From NCBI GenBank assembly GCA_012295275.1, contig CM022678.1, positions 4,092,001 to 4,156,000 on the forward strand: 64,000 bases of DNA. Reading direction: 5' to 3'. Positions 1-23,740 of this stretch are shown here, in pieces; position 1 is the first letter of the stretch; every line of letters starts with the position of its first letter. Under the pieces are notes generated by a model, which had not been told where the DNA came from, did not search any database, and saw only the letters and a list, made by a program, of their open reading frames with translations. The stretch comes from Chrysomallon squamiferum (Eukaryota > Animalia > Mollusca). The position numbers and the translations under genes were made by a program.

Positions 1-642
1 GCTGTTGCTTCTATTACCACGACAACTAAAAGTTTGACACTACTACTATCACCATTACAACTACTACTGTATCTACTATTATTACTACAACTACTATTAC
101 TTCTAGTATAAAACTCTACTAATACATTTACATACTTTTGGTGGTATAGTTTTTTAATAGTAAGAGAAATAATAGAAGTAACAGTAGTAATAGTAAATAC
201 GGTAAATAATATTAATGTGTTATTCATAGCCGTTAATATCATTAGAACTATCACTGTTACTATTACTACTGATGCTGTTACTAGTATCATTAATTTTACA
301 ACTACTACAATAACAACATCCATTACTATTATTACTAGTTGTAGCAGTATGAGAAATAGCAGGGATAACAGTGGACCTAGCAGTATTACTATTAGTAGTA
401 GAAGCTCAGGTTACACTTAAAGTCTTTGTAGTACTAATAGTAGTACTAGTAGCAACGGTAGCAGCAATTGTTGCAATAATAGTTCTAGTACTAGTAGTTA
501 TTTTTATAGCAGTAGTTATAGTACTGAAATAGGTCTTGTTGTAGTAGTAGCCTTAGTATTATTATATGTTTTGTGTACTAGTAAGTGTCCCTGTAGAAGT
601 AACAGCAGTTTTAGTAGCTGTAGTAGTTCTAGTAGTACTTAC

Positions 643-730
643 CCAGGGTAATTGTCGGTGTAAAAGTTTGACTCTAAGTGTGATAAAGCTTCCACAGCTA
701 TGAGAAGAGACCGACACTGATAACCATTCA
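643..730 (-). CDS. Gene D exon 2: probable N-terminal part of a CUB-like domain; gene continues off the left edge
   Basis: tttatag acceptor and gtaagt donor; 88 nt, phase 1 to phase 2, open: (V)NGYQCRSLLIAVEALSHLESNFYTDNYP(G), resembling the C-x-x-x-L...S-x-x-Y-x-x-N-Y-P start of CUB domains; in phase with the leader at 4108-4162. Confidence 0.6.
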
Positions 731-808
731 CTATAAACGATAAAAGAAACAAATTGTTTTAAGTATACCCTAAGATTATTTATTTATTTATTTATCTATT
801 TATTTATT

Positions 809-927
<119 letters not shown>

Positions 928-1679
928 GTAATAAATTAATAAATAAGTAAATAAATTACCATTCGTAACAAAATCCGATACCAGGATGCAGACTTGATTA
1001 CACTTGACATATTCATTTGAACGTGTCTGTTGAACAACTACGTATTTCATATATGTGATATCGTTAATTAATTAATATATAGATAGATAGATAGATATTA
1101 CTATATATGCACACAGAACACACACACATAATGTATTTTTGAATTTAACGCACTGTTTAATTAATTAACGATATATATATATATATATATGCACAAGCAC
1201 ACACAATGTATGTTCCTATCTATGTATATTTGTAAGTGTATATGAATGTATATATATATATTTGTAGGTGTGTATGTAAGCATGTATGTATGTTTGTATA
1301 TGTGTATGTATGTATGCACGAATATATACATACATACATATATACACACGTACCTACATGTATATACACACCATACAAACATACATATATACATACATAT
1401 ATACATGCACGCATACATACATACATAAATGCATACATAGATACATACGCACATACATACACACACATCTACAAACATACATACATATATACTCACCTAC
1501 AAACATGCGTACACAGAAACATACATAGATACATACAGACATGCACATAATCAGAAATGCATACACACATACAAACATACATAACTACGTACTTGCCAGT
1601 GCCAGGATTCTCACAAAAAATAGATGCACACAAAAATAACGCAAGACAAAGAACGGCATGTTTCGTGGGAAGCGATGAT

Positions 1680-2690
1680 TACGACGATGACATTCATGTA
1701 GAAAGGATATTTTAGAAAGTCAGAAATGTAAATATTTCGCGGTTCAGTATTTTTCTTTTAGCAAGTTATAGTTTTCTTCAGCCTTCAGATATAATCTTAG
1801 TGCTAGTAAAGGCTCTATAATAATAAAGATGACTTGTTGAGAGCTCTTTCCTCCTAAAAGTAATTTATTATGTTAAGAACTCATGGGCAAAACTGGATGG
1901 AGAATGAAACACAGTGTACAGTACTTACAGGAGTTACATACAGTGTAGTGTTTGGTGATGTGAATGTAAATGGAGCAGAAGTTGAATTATAAGTTGAATT
2001 TGACTTGGACAAAATTATAGAAGTGACTGTGGGAGAACAATTTTGAGAATCTATTTGAATGTGGGAGTGAAGTTTCTGAATAATAAACGAGATTGAATAA
2101 GGAAACTTCTACTGAGTGACATACTATATTGTTACTAGTATCAAGTATGTGTCAAACATAACAATCTTAATTTTTCACACTGGCACTAGTTAATCACACT
2201 CAGTTCATCATCAGTTCAAATACTGCTTCAGAAAAATCAAACAAAAAGCTAAACACTTCTGAATAAACAATTCCAAATGAGGAGGCTATTTTTAAATCAC
2301 AACAACACTTGAAAAACTGAAGTCACCGTACATTTTTCTCTTTTATGAGTATCAGAAGTAAATAAACTGCTCAAAACTTTCACACATTTTCTCCTGAAAG
2401 CCCCAAGCACACAGTCTGTAAGTGACATTCTGCCAATTAGTGATGTGGCTAAATAACTTTAATGATTTATTAACAAATGTGAAAGCACAGTCAGACAATG
2501 TATAAGTTACCGACTCCGATTTCATTTCGACAAAGATTCAACAACTTGAGTAAAAGTTTTGCATTGTTAAATCAAAATCTTATGACAAATCAAATAAAAT
2601 AAAATAAACAAACATACAAACAGAACTGAGGAAGTTCTGGTTGCGGAGAATTGGCTTCTTCAATCGCTTTCTGACTCAGGAGTGAATCCA
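1680..2690. repeat. Locally repeated degenerate element, copies at ~6660-7420 (direct) and ~41240-41815 (inverted)
   Basis: Shared strings such as ggaaacttctactgagtgac and cacactggcactagttaatcacactcagttcatca; no recognisable intact ORF. Confidence 0.75.
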
Positions 2691-3159
2691 CATACACACA
2701 TAGACACATACATACATTGACATATACATATAAAGACTCATATACATAGACACATACCTACATAGACACATACATACATAGACACATATATACACAGACA
2801 CATATATACACAGACACATACGTACATAGACGCATACATAATAGACACATACCTATATAGGTAGTACGAGCGAATGGGTGCCGCATATGGCTGACGATAT
2901 TGAAATCCAAAAACACATACATCAAACATCTATGGACAAGCCGATTTACATTAATTTTTTCCGGCTGGTTTAAATTAGTCTTCCATTTTGAAATGCGTCG
3001 ATGTGTGACAAACGGTCAGAGGGCATTTTTTTCATCTGATTTGTCTCTTATCTGATTGTAATAAGTATTTACCTCTTCAGTTTTTAAAATCTGTATTAGT
3101 GTGTCAATAAAAGATACAAACAGGCAAACAGCAGCATGTTATGTCTATATATATTACAA

Positions 3160-3530
3160 CATTACTCAGTAAATTTCTGTATATTATTCAGCAAATTTCA
3201 ATTCTTTAGAAATATTAGTACATTCGTCAGTAAATATAGCTACATTTGACGGAAAATACTAGTGCATTAGTCAATAAATATTAGTACATTAGTATATTAG
3301 TCAGTATGGGTTACTACATTACTCGGTAAATATTAGTACATTAATCAGCAAACATTAATGGATTAGTCAGTCAATTTCAGTACATCATTCAGCATATTTC
3401 AAATTATTTTATATGTATTGGTACATTCGCCACTAAATGTTACTACACTAGTCGGTAAATATAGTGCATTAGTCAGTAAATATTAGTACATTACTCAGTA
3501 AATATTAGTACATTATTCAACAAATTTCAA
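3160..3530 (+). repeat. Degenerate ~23-bp tandem repeat (tcagtaaatattagtacattagt)
   Basis: Recurrent agtaaatattagtacatt; same family at ~5120-5275, 22740-22935 (reverse) and 24160-24460. Confidence 0.8.
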
Positions 3531-3876
3531 TTGTATCTGGTTTTGGATTTGAATATTGTCTGTCTTATGCGGTACCCATTCGCTCGTACTACATGTATAT
3601 AGATGCATTTAACCCTCGTTTAAGTGTATATCAAATCCAAATTATCAGTCAGATAGATATGAATTTAAAAAGAACAAAACAAATTTATAAATATTTTTGT
3701 GCCATTTGCACACCGTTACCATTTTCGAAAAACCTCAAAGTTTCGACTCTGAAGCGAGATTGTCTCTGACAAAAACATATTATCATAATTTATCTTGCTA
3801 GGTGTTGCAGACCCGTATTATCATTTTCAAGTACATTTACACTGATATCTGAATCTGAAGTCTGTAATACTTTCAC

Positions 3877-3928
<52 letters not shown>

Positions 3929-4107
3929 CAGAGAGAGAGAGAGAGAGAGACAAATATAGAGATACACAGAGAGAGACAGTGATAGAGAGAGAGATAGAGA
4001 TAGAGAGTAAAAGAGAGAGAAAGACAAAGAAACAGATAGAGATAGATTTATAGAGTTCAAGAGAAGAAAGTAATAAACTGAATAAGCATATAAATAAATA
4101 TATTTAC

Positions 4108-4162
4108 CTGTTTTTGTTGAAAATATAAAAATTGAAATTAGAACAAATCTCAGTGAGTCCAT
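4108..4162 (-). CDS. Signal-peptide (leader) exon, probable exon 1 of gene D
   Basis: ATG at 4162, MDSLRFVLISIFIFSTKT+G, 55 nt, donor gtaaat; near-identical to leaders at 22108-22162 and 28290-28344. Confidence 0.7.
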
Positions 4163-4204
4163 AATTACTAGAGCCCAGTACACAAATTAATCCAGATACA
4201 AACT

Positions 4205-4345
4205 AACTGATATAGACACCAATGTACAATTTTCTCACCTGACGTCACACTACCAAGGAGACATAGCAACACAATCGGATACAAGGAAGGCTATTTGACG
4301 CCACAGTTAAACAGATCATTTACATATTTTACTTGATTGGTTGAG
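4205..4345 (-). promoter_or_regulatory. Promoter block upstream of leader: CRE and CCAAT box
   Basis: TGACGTCA at 4240-4247; ATTGG (CCAAT on minus) at 4336-4340; same arrangement upstream of genes A and B. Confidence 0.55.
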
Positions 4346-4500
4346 CAATAATAATGTGGAACTTCAACAGATAGAAAATAAACAAACATAAACAGGAGAA
4401 TAAAATAATGGAATCTCTTGAATAAGTGACTTATTATTTATTTATTTGCTTACTTGTTTATTATTTTTGCTGTTGTAGTAGCAGTAGTAGTTGTTGTTGC

Positions 4501-4537
<37 letters not shown>

Positions 4538-5791
4538 GCTATTAGCATCTATTTTATTATAAACAAATATTAATATTTAGATTTATCGTTCGACGTTTTT
4601 CACCATGTTTATTGTGCAGTGTAAGGTTACTAAATAAAATTTATCTGGCTTAGATTAATCTTTCATTTTGAAATACCTCGTTGTATGACAAAGAGTCATA
4701 GGTCACCAGTTTCGTCTCATTTGTCACACGGTCTAGAAGAACAGGTTTTCTGTTACACGATTACAATAAGTGTTCACCTCCTCAGCAATTTAAATCTGTA
4801 TTAGTGTTCGAATAAAAATTACAGTAAAGAAGTAAATAAAGAAGGAAAACTAAATAAGTAAATAAATAAATAAATTGAACGAAGAGGCAAAAATCTATAA
4901 ATAAATAAGTAAAAATAAAGAGAAAGAAACAAAAATAAATAAATAAATAAACAATAATGAAGTTTTTTTCACTAGAAAGAACGTAATATAGTTTTCATTT
5001 CCTAACATTATTCCCTTTCACAGCCAAAATTATTCAGCTCAGATCGGATGAATATTAACCTCTGTTTAATGGTAAATCTCTCATTTATGATTGGTGAGAA
5101 TTCATCTTCTGGTTTATTAAGATTCTTATATTTGCTGACTAATGTACTAATATTCATGGCCTAATATGATAATACATTAGTCAATTAATTCTAATACGTT
5201 AGTTAGTAAATATAAGTACATAAGTCAGCAAATATTAGTATATTAGTCAGTAAATATAAATATATTAGTAAATAAAAGTCTGATCAGACGTACATAAGAC
5301 AGAGAATATCCACATCCGAAAATACATACATACATATGTGCGTATATATATATACACACACACATACATTTATTTTGTTATAATAAAGCCTATTACTGTG
5401 AAAACCTTTTCTACAGTATTAAAAGCACGCAATTATTGTTGAAATGTCACGGTGCGTGGATTTGTTACAAATAACTAACCGGGAAGTTCAGTACGAAGTG
5501 GCTAGGTAGCTTAGATCGTTAACGGAGATACTATTGTCTAATAAATCTTTTAGTTTACAACTGGCCAAAGAAAGAAGATATCTACATTATATCTGTGTGT
5601 CTGTCTGTATTTGTGTGTGTGTATATCCGTGTATGTATGTCCATCTGTATTATGTGTCTCTGTTAGCTGGACAAATAATGAGCAAAATACAGATAGATAA
5701 ATAATTAGATAGATAAGTAAACAAATACAGAATTATAAAAATCAGTCCAAATCTAAATCCGAACGTGATTTTCATATTGATTTGTAGTTAA

Positions 5792-5846
<55 letters not shown>

Positions 5847-6034
5847 GTAATAGTAATAAAAAATAAATAAATAAATAATATAAAACAGTATTGTAAAGGC
5901 CTCTATTTTAAATTTAATTTATAGTTTTGCCACGTGATGTCGCAGTGTACCACGGTGACATCATAACAAAAGATGAAACAAGGAAGTCTATTGGATGTAC
6001 GTATCTAATACATACTAACTTTCAGCTATAGACA

Positions 6035-6091
<57 letters not shown>

Positions 6092-8180
6092 ATATACAGA
6101 AGCTAACTAACTGTAATAAAAGGCCATTACTTTGAAATATTCTATATCGTTGATTATAGTGTAAATAGATATTGTTAAAGTTAACAGAGGCGTGACCTTT
6201 TTTGTCATATTAAAAATCAGCTCTGTGGTGAGTTACTATTAAATTCTTAGTGAATTGTTCTCTAACTGTACGTAGATTAGACTGTTTGGCAGTGCTTCAA
6301 TTTTTTGTTCTGTCAGTTGGGGAAATACAAGGTTCACTCCTGAACGTAACTGTAGATTTTTAAACATTGATTTGACTGAAAAAAAAAAAGCGAAATTTTC
6401 AATCATCAGTTGTGATTTTCTTTTAAAATATTACTAATATTCTGGTACGATTTGTCTACAGTTATCATTTTCAATAAATTTCAGTTTTTGTTTTCAATTC
6501 TCAAGCGAGATTTTCTGCACACAAATATATTTACACTAATATGTGAATATAAATATTTTTAATATATTCACTTGCGCTAGACACTAGACTAATCTCATGC
6601 TGAAAAATGAAATGTTTGTAAATTCTTAACTGCACTTCTACTTGTGTTACAAAATGGAAAGATCTTGATGATGAAATTCACTTAGAAAGGATATGTTAGA
6701 AAATCGAAATGAACCTTCTTAGTGGTTCAAACATTTTCTTTTAATAAACTATAGTTTTCTTCAGCCTCCGGATATAACCTTTGTGCTAGTAAATCCTCCA
6801 TAATAATAAAGATTACTTGATGAGAGAGCCCTTTCCTCCTTGTAACAACTTATTTTACTAAGAAATCACGGATAATGAATCATAGTGTACAGTATTTTCA
6901 GAAGTTACATACACTGTTTGGTGATGTTAATCTAAACTGTACTGAAATCGAATTTGACTTGAAAAAGATTTTGGACGCGACTTTGGAAAAAAATAGTTTA
7001 GAAAGCCTATTTGAGTCTGGCAATAAAGTTTATGAATCAAAATGGAGATTGAATAAGGAAACTTCTACTGAGTGACGTACAATACTGTTACTAGTAATTA
7101 GTCTGTCAAGTATGTGTCAAACATAACCATCTTAATTTTTCACACTGGCACTAGTTAATCACACTCAGTTCATCATGAGTTCAAATACTGCTTCAGAAAA
7201 ATCAAACAAAACGCTAAAGACCACTGAATAAACAATCACAAATGAGAAGGCTATTTTTAAATCACAATAACACTTGAAAAACTGAAGTCACGTCACCGTA
7301 CATTTTTCTCTTTTATGAGTATCAGAAGTAAATAAACTGCTCAAAACCTTCACAGATTTTCTACTGAAGGCCTCCAGCACACAGTCTGTAAGTGACTTTC
7401 TGCCAATGAGTGATGTGCCTAAAAAACACGATCTGTTGTAATCTCTATCAGACAATGACATTATTCTATATATAATTACAAAATGAAAATTAAAATAGCC
7501 CTCACTTGTTGGTTGTTTTTAAACTTGTATCCACAGTCCGTTAAAAAGAGGAAATATTGCTGGTTTATATTGATATGGTTTTGAAAAGACCGTGTAGTTA
7601 AGAGACTTTATCGAAATAATCCATGAAGGTTTTTCTCTCGCTTTCCAGATCTAAAGACATTTCTGTTGGTTACTGAAATGAAGATAAAAAGAGAGAACAT
7701 TTGTTGTTTGAATTTGTTTGTATAAGAAAAAAAAAGTACTTAGAACTAATTCGGCAGTAGTAAAAAGTAGTGACTGAAAGATGTTCCTCCTACGCATTTC
7801 TAGTTCCATCATGGGTTGTCTGCTACCCAAGACAATTATCATCTGGATTAAACGCTCTGTTCAACAACATCAGGTAACATTCGTGAAATAAAAACAGGAG
7901 ACGTTAAGTTTTCCAATCATTCAAATTTTACTCAGAAAGGATCTCAAACACAGAAAAAATAGGCAAGCTTTCACCGTAATCAGTAAAAAAAAAATGGATC
8001 AAACTGGTATGACGGATCACTCGCAAAAGAACATTCACTAACTAAGATACTAATGAGTTTGTTGTCAGTTAATTATTTTACCAAGATACCAAACATCAAG
8101 TCATATCTGGTTTTGTCTCCAGATGTTGAATATGTCGATTAGATGGATACAAAAAACCCCTTGTTGATCCCGTGGCCATT

Positions 8181-8295
8181 TTATTCTTTTAAGTTCTGCA
8201 AACACTGACAACAAATATTCAACACACAAATTGCAGTCAGCTGATAGTCTGATGAAGACTCAGAGTCTGATCTAAAAAAACACAAAAGAATAACG

Positions 8296-8326
<31 letters not shown>

Positions 8327-9395
8327 TCTGTGTGTATGTGTTATGCACGTCTGTCTCATTGTATGTATATGCGTATGTATGGATATATCTAGATGTGGAT
8401 GTATATGTGTAGGGATGTATGTATGTGTATATGTATGTATATATGCATATATGCACGTATATGTATATCTTTATCGGCGCAAACATAAGTGTGTCAAAAT
8501 ATTTACATCTACTAAACGATTGTCTAATGTTAATGATTCAATGATAAAATGTTTTAAAGTTTTGTAAAAAGTAAATTATGTACTCGTCATTAGCTATGTT
8601 AATAGGCTCAACGATCGTCGACTTAGAAAAGAACCCCTTCAATTTCTTCCGGAAAACGACACCCAGTATTGCTAGTGCAACTGACACCAGACACCCGCAT
8701 ATTACAGCAATTAGTTTGCCAACATCGACTGTTAACTCTAGAAGATAGTAAATAAGTAAATAAGTACAGAAAGACAGACAATACTATTTACTGCTTCTGC
8801 TGTTACTACTACTGCCTCTACTAGTTATACTATTAGGGCTAGTTCTACTACTACTAAGATCATCTTACTTTGTTACACAGACGAAATTTGATATAAATTA
8901 CTACTGTAAAGTCTGAAGATTATATTACTTTCGTACATAAACGAAATGTTTTATATATTACTACTGTAATGTTTTAAGATCATCTTACTTTGTTACATAA
9001 ACGAAATTTGATATAAATTACTACTGTAAAGTCTGAAGATCATATTACTTTGTTACATAAACGACAATTGCTATATATTACTACTGTAATGTTTTAAGAT
9101 CATATTACTTTGTTACATAAACGAAAATTGCTATATATTACTACTGTAATGTTTTAAGATCATATTACTTTGTTACATAAACGAAAATTGCTATATATTA
9201 CAACTGTAATGTTTTAAGACCATATTACTTCTCTACACAAACGAAGATTGCTACATATTACTACTATAATGTTTTAATATCATAATTCTTTGTTACTTTA
9301 AAGAAAATTGTATATAAATCAAAGTGAAAACAGTTATTAGATTTACGTCATTGCTGCAATGTAATCAGTAATCATCACTTACCTAAGTTCACCAT
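8181..9395 (-). CDS. Gene E: ~85 aa single-pass membrane microprotein with cytoplasmic CCxC motif
   Basis: Coding exons 9395-9383, 8737-8584, 8271-8181; all GT-AG, phases 1 and 2 consistent. [85 protein letters not shown]. Same structure open in paralog F; probable non-coding exon 1 with donor near 9654. Confidence 0.75.
8855..9320. repeat. 60-bp minisatellite, ~7-8 copies, in gene E intron
   Basis: Consecutive 60-nt lines nearly identical (acgaaaattgctatatattactactgtaatgttttaagatcatattactttgttacataa). Confidence 0.95.
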
Positions 9396-10038
9396 TCTCA
9401 TAGAAACAGCAACTTCTTCCTGGAAAATGAAGTAAGTCACAGTAAATCTGCTGTATTAATTTAACAAACAATAATGATGATGATGATGACGATGATAATG
9501 ATGACGATAGTGATAATGATATAATAAATAAAAAAGTAAATAAGAAGGTAGGAATGTAGGTAAATGCATGCATAGATAGATAGATACATAATTTGTAAGA
9601 GATAGGTAATTTGAAGCAAAATAAATAAACAATACCAGAAAAAAAATATGTTACCGTTTTTTTGATCAAGCACAGCTCAACAATTATGGGTCCAGTTTTA
9701 CACCTGATAATGTTTTTAAGTCACAGATTCAAAATATAAAAGCCAGAACATTTGGATAGATTTACAGCGATGTCAGTGGACCATGCAAATAGGACAGGAA
9801 AAATGAACAAGGAAGAATATTTCATTACAGCTGATTGCTTAGTTGAACGTTTGTGTAGATGTTCATTTACATTTTATATACGTTTTATCTTTAGTTAACT
9901 AAACAGTGTGTTACAGTTAAAAAACATATTTATAAAATATATATTTAATATTTAACAAACAAGATCCTACGAACACACACGTACTTATAGACATAGACAT
10001 ATACACACACATACGTACATACATACATATATACATAC

Positions 10039-10130
<92 letters not shown>

Positions 10131-10465
10131 GTATTTGTGTATGTATGTATGTACGTGTATGTATGTTTATCACTATAATAAAGATTATGCTTTAAAAAAT
10201 AATACGAGAGCATGAAAACGAACTTAATGAGAGAAAGTGATTATCTGGAAGGTCCGAGTGAATTGCTTCTTACGGCTAATTATTTAACCAAACACACACA
10301 GACACACATACACACACAGACACACACACACACAGACACACACACAGACACACTCACACAGACACACCCAGACACACACACACCCAGACACACACACACA
10401 GACACACACACACCCAGACACACACACAGACACACACACAGACACACACATACACAGACACACAC

Positions 10466-11995
10466 TGTGACGGAAGAATGTTCTTGCCTTCAGCTTGTAA
10501 AATATTTTTTTCATGATTGTTGGTTTGGTGTGCCGAATCCACCAAATGCCGTGAGTTTCCCAGGGCTGGTGGTCCAGGGGTTAGAAGTATGTCGTGAGAA
10601 GCAGGATTGATTACCGAGTTCGGAGCAATAGGTGTTACTGGCTTTTGTTTCATAGAATGATCTTGTGACAAAATTCTAGCTGCAACGTTCAAACCGCGTT
10701 GACAAATAACGCGAGTCCCTTTTCCCTTTGAATAAAAGAACGCAGTTTTTATTGTTTGTTTTTTATTATTATTTTTATTTTTTGTTTGTCTTCGAGGGCA
10801 ATGATAACTGTCCACTGAACACATTGTGAGAGTTCAGACTGGGCTTGGGTAGATACTTGTATATATAAATATATATATATTTAGTTGTTGTTCTGCTTGT
10901 ATAAACCTTATGTGACTGTTGGGTCAAATTACCGTTGTTCCAGTACTACACTGCTATTCTGAATGTTTCACGCTAGCGCTAGTACAACGTCAAAAATATC
11001 ATGTTTTTTGTTGTGCTTCTAGTGAACAGGAACGTGCTACTGTATTTATATATTCATAGATCCTATATCGGTTACCTCTAGAGACAAGACAACCTGGGTA
11101 TTTGAAATGTGATTTGTAAATGGGGGACTTAAGACATTTTTTATTGCAGTGTACTATATGTAAGCAGCCTTGTTCACTTGAGCGAAAAAGTTCGCTATAC
11201 ATAAACACGGATGGGAATTTCCCTATATGCTCAGTGCAGGGCACCTAATACCATATTCGTGAGCAGGACTGATTTAACATCAGCTAAGACATTAGGGAAA
11301 TTATTGTCGAAGAAGTTTTAGGTGATAAGCATGATATAGAAGGAAGTGAGATTGTCCGATAGATAGAGATAAATGTGTTGAGTATGGAGCAACAGTACGA
11401 AAGATAAGAACATGCATTAGACTGACAAAGAAAATAAAAGATAAGATAGAGAAAGAGATAGAGATGTTACAAATAGAGAAATAGGAGAAACACAGGGTAG
11501 TACTAGGGAAGAGGGGAACCTGAGTTAAAGCTGAATGCAGAGAAGGCTACGCGACAGGAAAAGCAAGGTAGTGAGGCAGGTAATGGACGTTTGAACTTGT
11601 CTGAGGCTTGTAGGTCAGTGCCTGTATTTGAAAACCCAGACGTAGATATGTTCTTCCAACTGTTTTAACTTGTCTGAGGCTTGTAGGTCAGTGCCTGTAT
11701 TTGAAGACCCAGACGTAGATATGTTCTTCCAACTGTTTTAACTTGTCTGAGGCTTGTAGGTCAGTGCCTGTATTTGAAGACCCAGACGTAGATATGTTAT
11801 TCCAACTGTTTTAACTTGTCTGAGGCTTGTAGGTCAGTGCCTGTATTTGAAGACCCAGACGTAGATATGTTCTTCCAACTGTTTTAACTTGTCTGAGGCT
11901 TGTAGGTCAGTGCCTGTATTTGGAGACCCAGACGTAGATATGTTCTTCCAACTGTTTGAACGGGTCGCCAAGCAACTGAGTTTGCCGGAGTCTAT
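10466..11995 (+). mobile_element. Decayed Ty3/Gypsy LTR retrotransposon 5' fragment (putative LTR plus gag relic)
   Basis: ~11590-11995 translates to LNLSEACRSVPVFENPDVDMFFQLFERVAKQLSLPES, resembling the VPxFxExDVDxFFxxFERVAxxLxWP gag motif, preceded by a K/E/R-rich stop-ridden relic. Starts TGTGACGG at 10466; TGGGGG near 11121. LTR limits are tentative. Inverted copy at ~36300-37280. Confidence 0.65.
11594..11958 (+). repeat. 73-bp tandem repeat x5 inside gag relic
   Basis: Units start at 11594, 11667, 11740, 11813, 11886; near-identical; no spacers. Confidence 0.95.
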
Positions 11996-12014
11996 ATGAT
12001 TATTATTATTATTA

Positions 12015-12063
<49 letters not shown>

Positions 12064-12155
12064 GTTTTAAAAGACGAACATAAAAAACAAAACACAAAAT
12101 CCTATTTTATTAGCCAACTTTATTTTGAACACAGACCAATGATGTTCACAAACCA

Positions 12156-12256
<101 letters not shown>

Positions 12257-12611
12257 TTAACCAAAGAAACGGAACAAGAAAACGTTTGTGTGTATATATA
12301 TATATATATATGGACACATGTAAAAATAAAATCTGTCTACAGTTAATGGTAAATAAAACCAAAACACGCATATTAGGAAACATATATCAAATTCATACTG
12401 TCAACATCGTCTTCTTTGGGTGCATATTCTTAAATGAAATGCTTGGCTTTTTAATTTGACATGTTTCTGTTATTTTTCACTGTTCTCTGGCAGATATTTC
12501 CTTTCAGGAACCAATTCTGTTCATTCCTCACTGTTTTTTCTTCTATATGTGAGTGGATAAATAAGATAAAACATGGAGACATTTGAAGACTGATAAAAGT
12601 CAAATTACAGA

Positions 12612-22162
<9,551 letters not shown>

Positions 22163-22204
22163 AATTATTAGAGCCCAGTACACAAGTAAAATCCTGATAC
22201 AAAC

Positions 22205-22332
22205 TATCTGTTATAGACACTAATGTATAATGTTCTCACATGACGTCACACTGTACCAAGGAGACATAACAAGGAAGGATATTTGACTCCACAGTTAAAC
22301 AGATCATTTACATATTTTATGCGATTGGTTGA
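22205..22332 (-). promoter_or_regulatory. Gene A promoter: TATA-like, CRE, CCAAT
   Basis: TATAA on minus at 22211-22215, TGACGTCA at 22241-22248, ATTGG at 22324-22328. Confidence 0.55.
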
Positions 22333-23268
22333 GCAATAATAATGTGGCACTTCAACAGAGAGAAAATAAAAAATAAACAGTAAGAATAAAATAATCGAAT
22401 TTCTTGAATAACATACTAGTCTCATTGTTTTTATTTTTTTTTATTTATTTTTTTTAATTTTTTTTTTTTTTTTGACAATGTAGTTGAAATTGACTGACCC
22501 ACTGATTGAAAATATCTAATAAATAAAGGCTAAAAGACTGAAACTTGCCGATATAACTGACGGATTTGAATATACCGATTATCGGAACCAGATATTTATT
22601 TATCGATAAACTGAGATTTGTTGATTGACTGACGTGATTGGCTGACTGATGAAAGTACATTATGCAAATTACGGCCTAACATTTAATGACTAAAGAAACG
22701 AAATGTGCTGATTGGCGGACGAAAATTTACTGACTGATAGAAATTTAGTGACAAATGCTTATTGACTATGTACTGATATGTTTTTACTAATGTATTAATA
22801 TTTACTGACTAACATAGCGAAAGTTACTGACTAACGTATTGATAATAGCACACTAATGTACTAGTATTTACTGACTAATGCACAAATATTTACTGACTAT
22901 TGTACTAATATTTACTGAAGAATGTACTAATATATTCAGAAAATAATTCAAATTACGTAATTAAAATGGTTTTATAGCATCTTATAGGCTTCTGTGTCTA
23001 AATAATAATAATAACAACAACAGCAGCAACAACAACAGCAACAACAACAACAACAACAGTGACAATGACAACAACAACTGAAGAAAAAGAAGCATTTTCC
23101 TGTCCCACTTCCAACACTGGTAAGCCAGGATCAGTATTTAAATACAACGTTTCTTGTTCAAACACCCACATGCGTACACACATATATAAACCGAAGAAAG
23201 ACAAAGAACGGCGTTCTTCGTGGGAAGCGATGATTACCCTGGTTTACTGAGCAAACTTTGTTATGCTT

Positions 23269-23350
23269 GTCTCGATGGCCGAACGGTAACATAAGCCACC
23301 TTCGGAGTGCGGGCGAATGGGTGTCAAACGTTCGAGTCTCGTCAGCGGCA
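23269..23350 (+). other. Degenerate tRNA-like sequence (pseudo-tRNA or tRNA-derived SINE head)
   Basis: Pol III A-box TGGCCGAACGG at 23276-23286 and B-box GTTCGAGTC at 23330-23338; stems pair poorly, so not an intact tRNA. Confidence 0.5.
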
Positions 23351-23740
23351 TCTGACTTCGTTTGTGAGGTCGTGTTTGGACTTTGTCTTGGTGCGCCAGA
23401 GCGTTCCCAAATATTGTTATCAGACGTACACAAGACAGAGAATATTCAAATCCTGAAACTACATATATATATATAATATGTGGATCAATAGTTTAATACG
23501 AACAATAGGATTGATATTAAATTTGCCTCGCTGCCTTAGATTAATCTTTCATTCTGAAATACCTCGTTGTATGACAAAGAGTCATAGCTCACCGGTTTCA
23601 TCTCATTCGACAAACGGGCTAGAAGAACAGGTTTCCTGTTACCTGATTACAATAAGTGTTTACCTCCTCAGCAATTTAAAACTGTATTAGTGTGTCAATG
23701 AGAACTTCAAACAGCCGAGCAGTCAGCACGTCATGGTCCG

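Noticed and set aside
1-640. Thr/Ser-rich mucin-like ORF 217-420
   Set aside because: Degenerate (ACT/AGT)n tract with stops and strand switching, lying just past the donor at 642, so most likely intronic
1161-1578. Many overlapping ORFs (YVCM, HTYI, LSLS, ERER, poly-I/N/L/Y) here and throughout
   Set aside because: Translations of microsatellites; no splice-supported coding signal
8181-8271. SDYQLT as an ITIM-like motif in gene E
   Set aside because: Y+3 is Thr rather than L/I/V, and the Tyr is absent in paralog F
11594-11958. CRISPR-like appearance of the 73-, 60- and 46-bp arrays
   Set aside because: Head-to-tail repeats without unique spacers in eukaryotic DNA; no cas genes
23269-23350. 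Functional tRNA gene
   Set aside because: Acceptor, anticodon and T stems do not pair properly; kept only as a tRNA-derived relic
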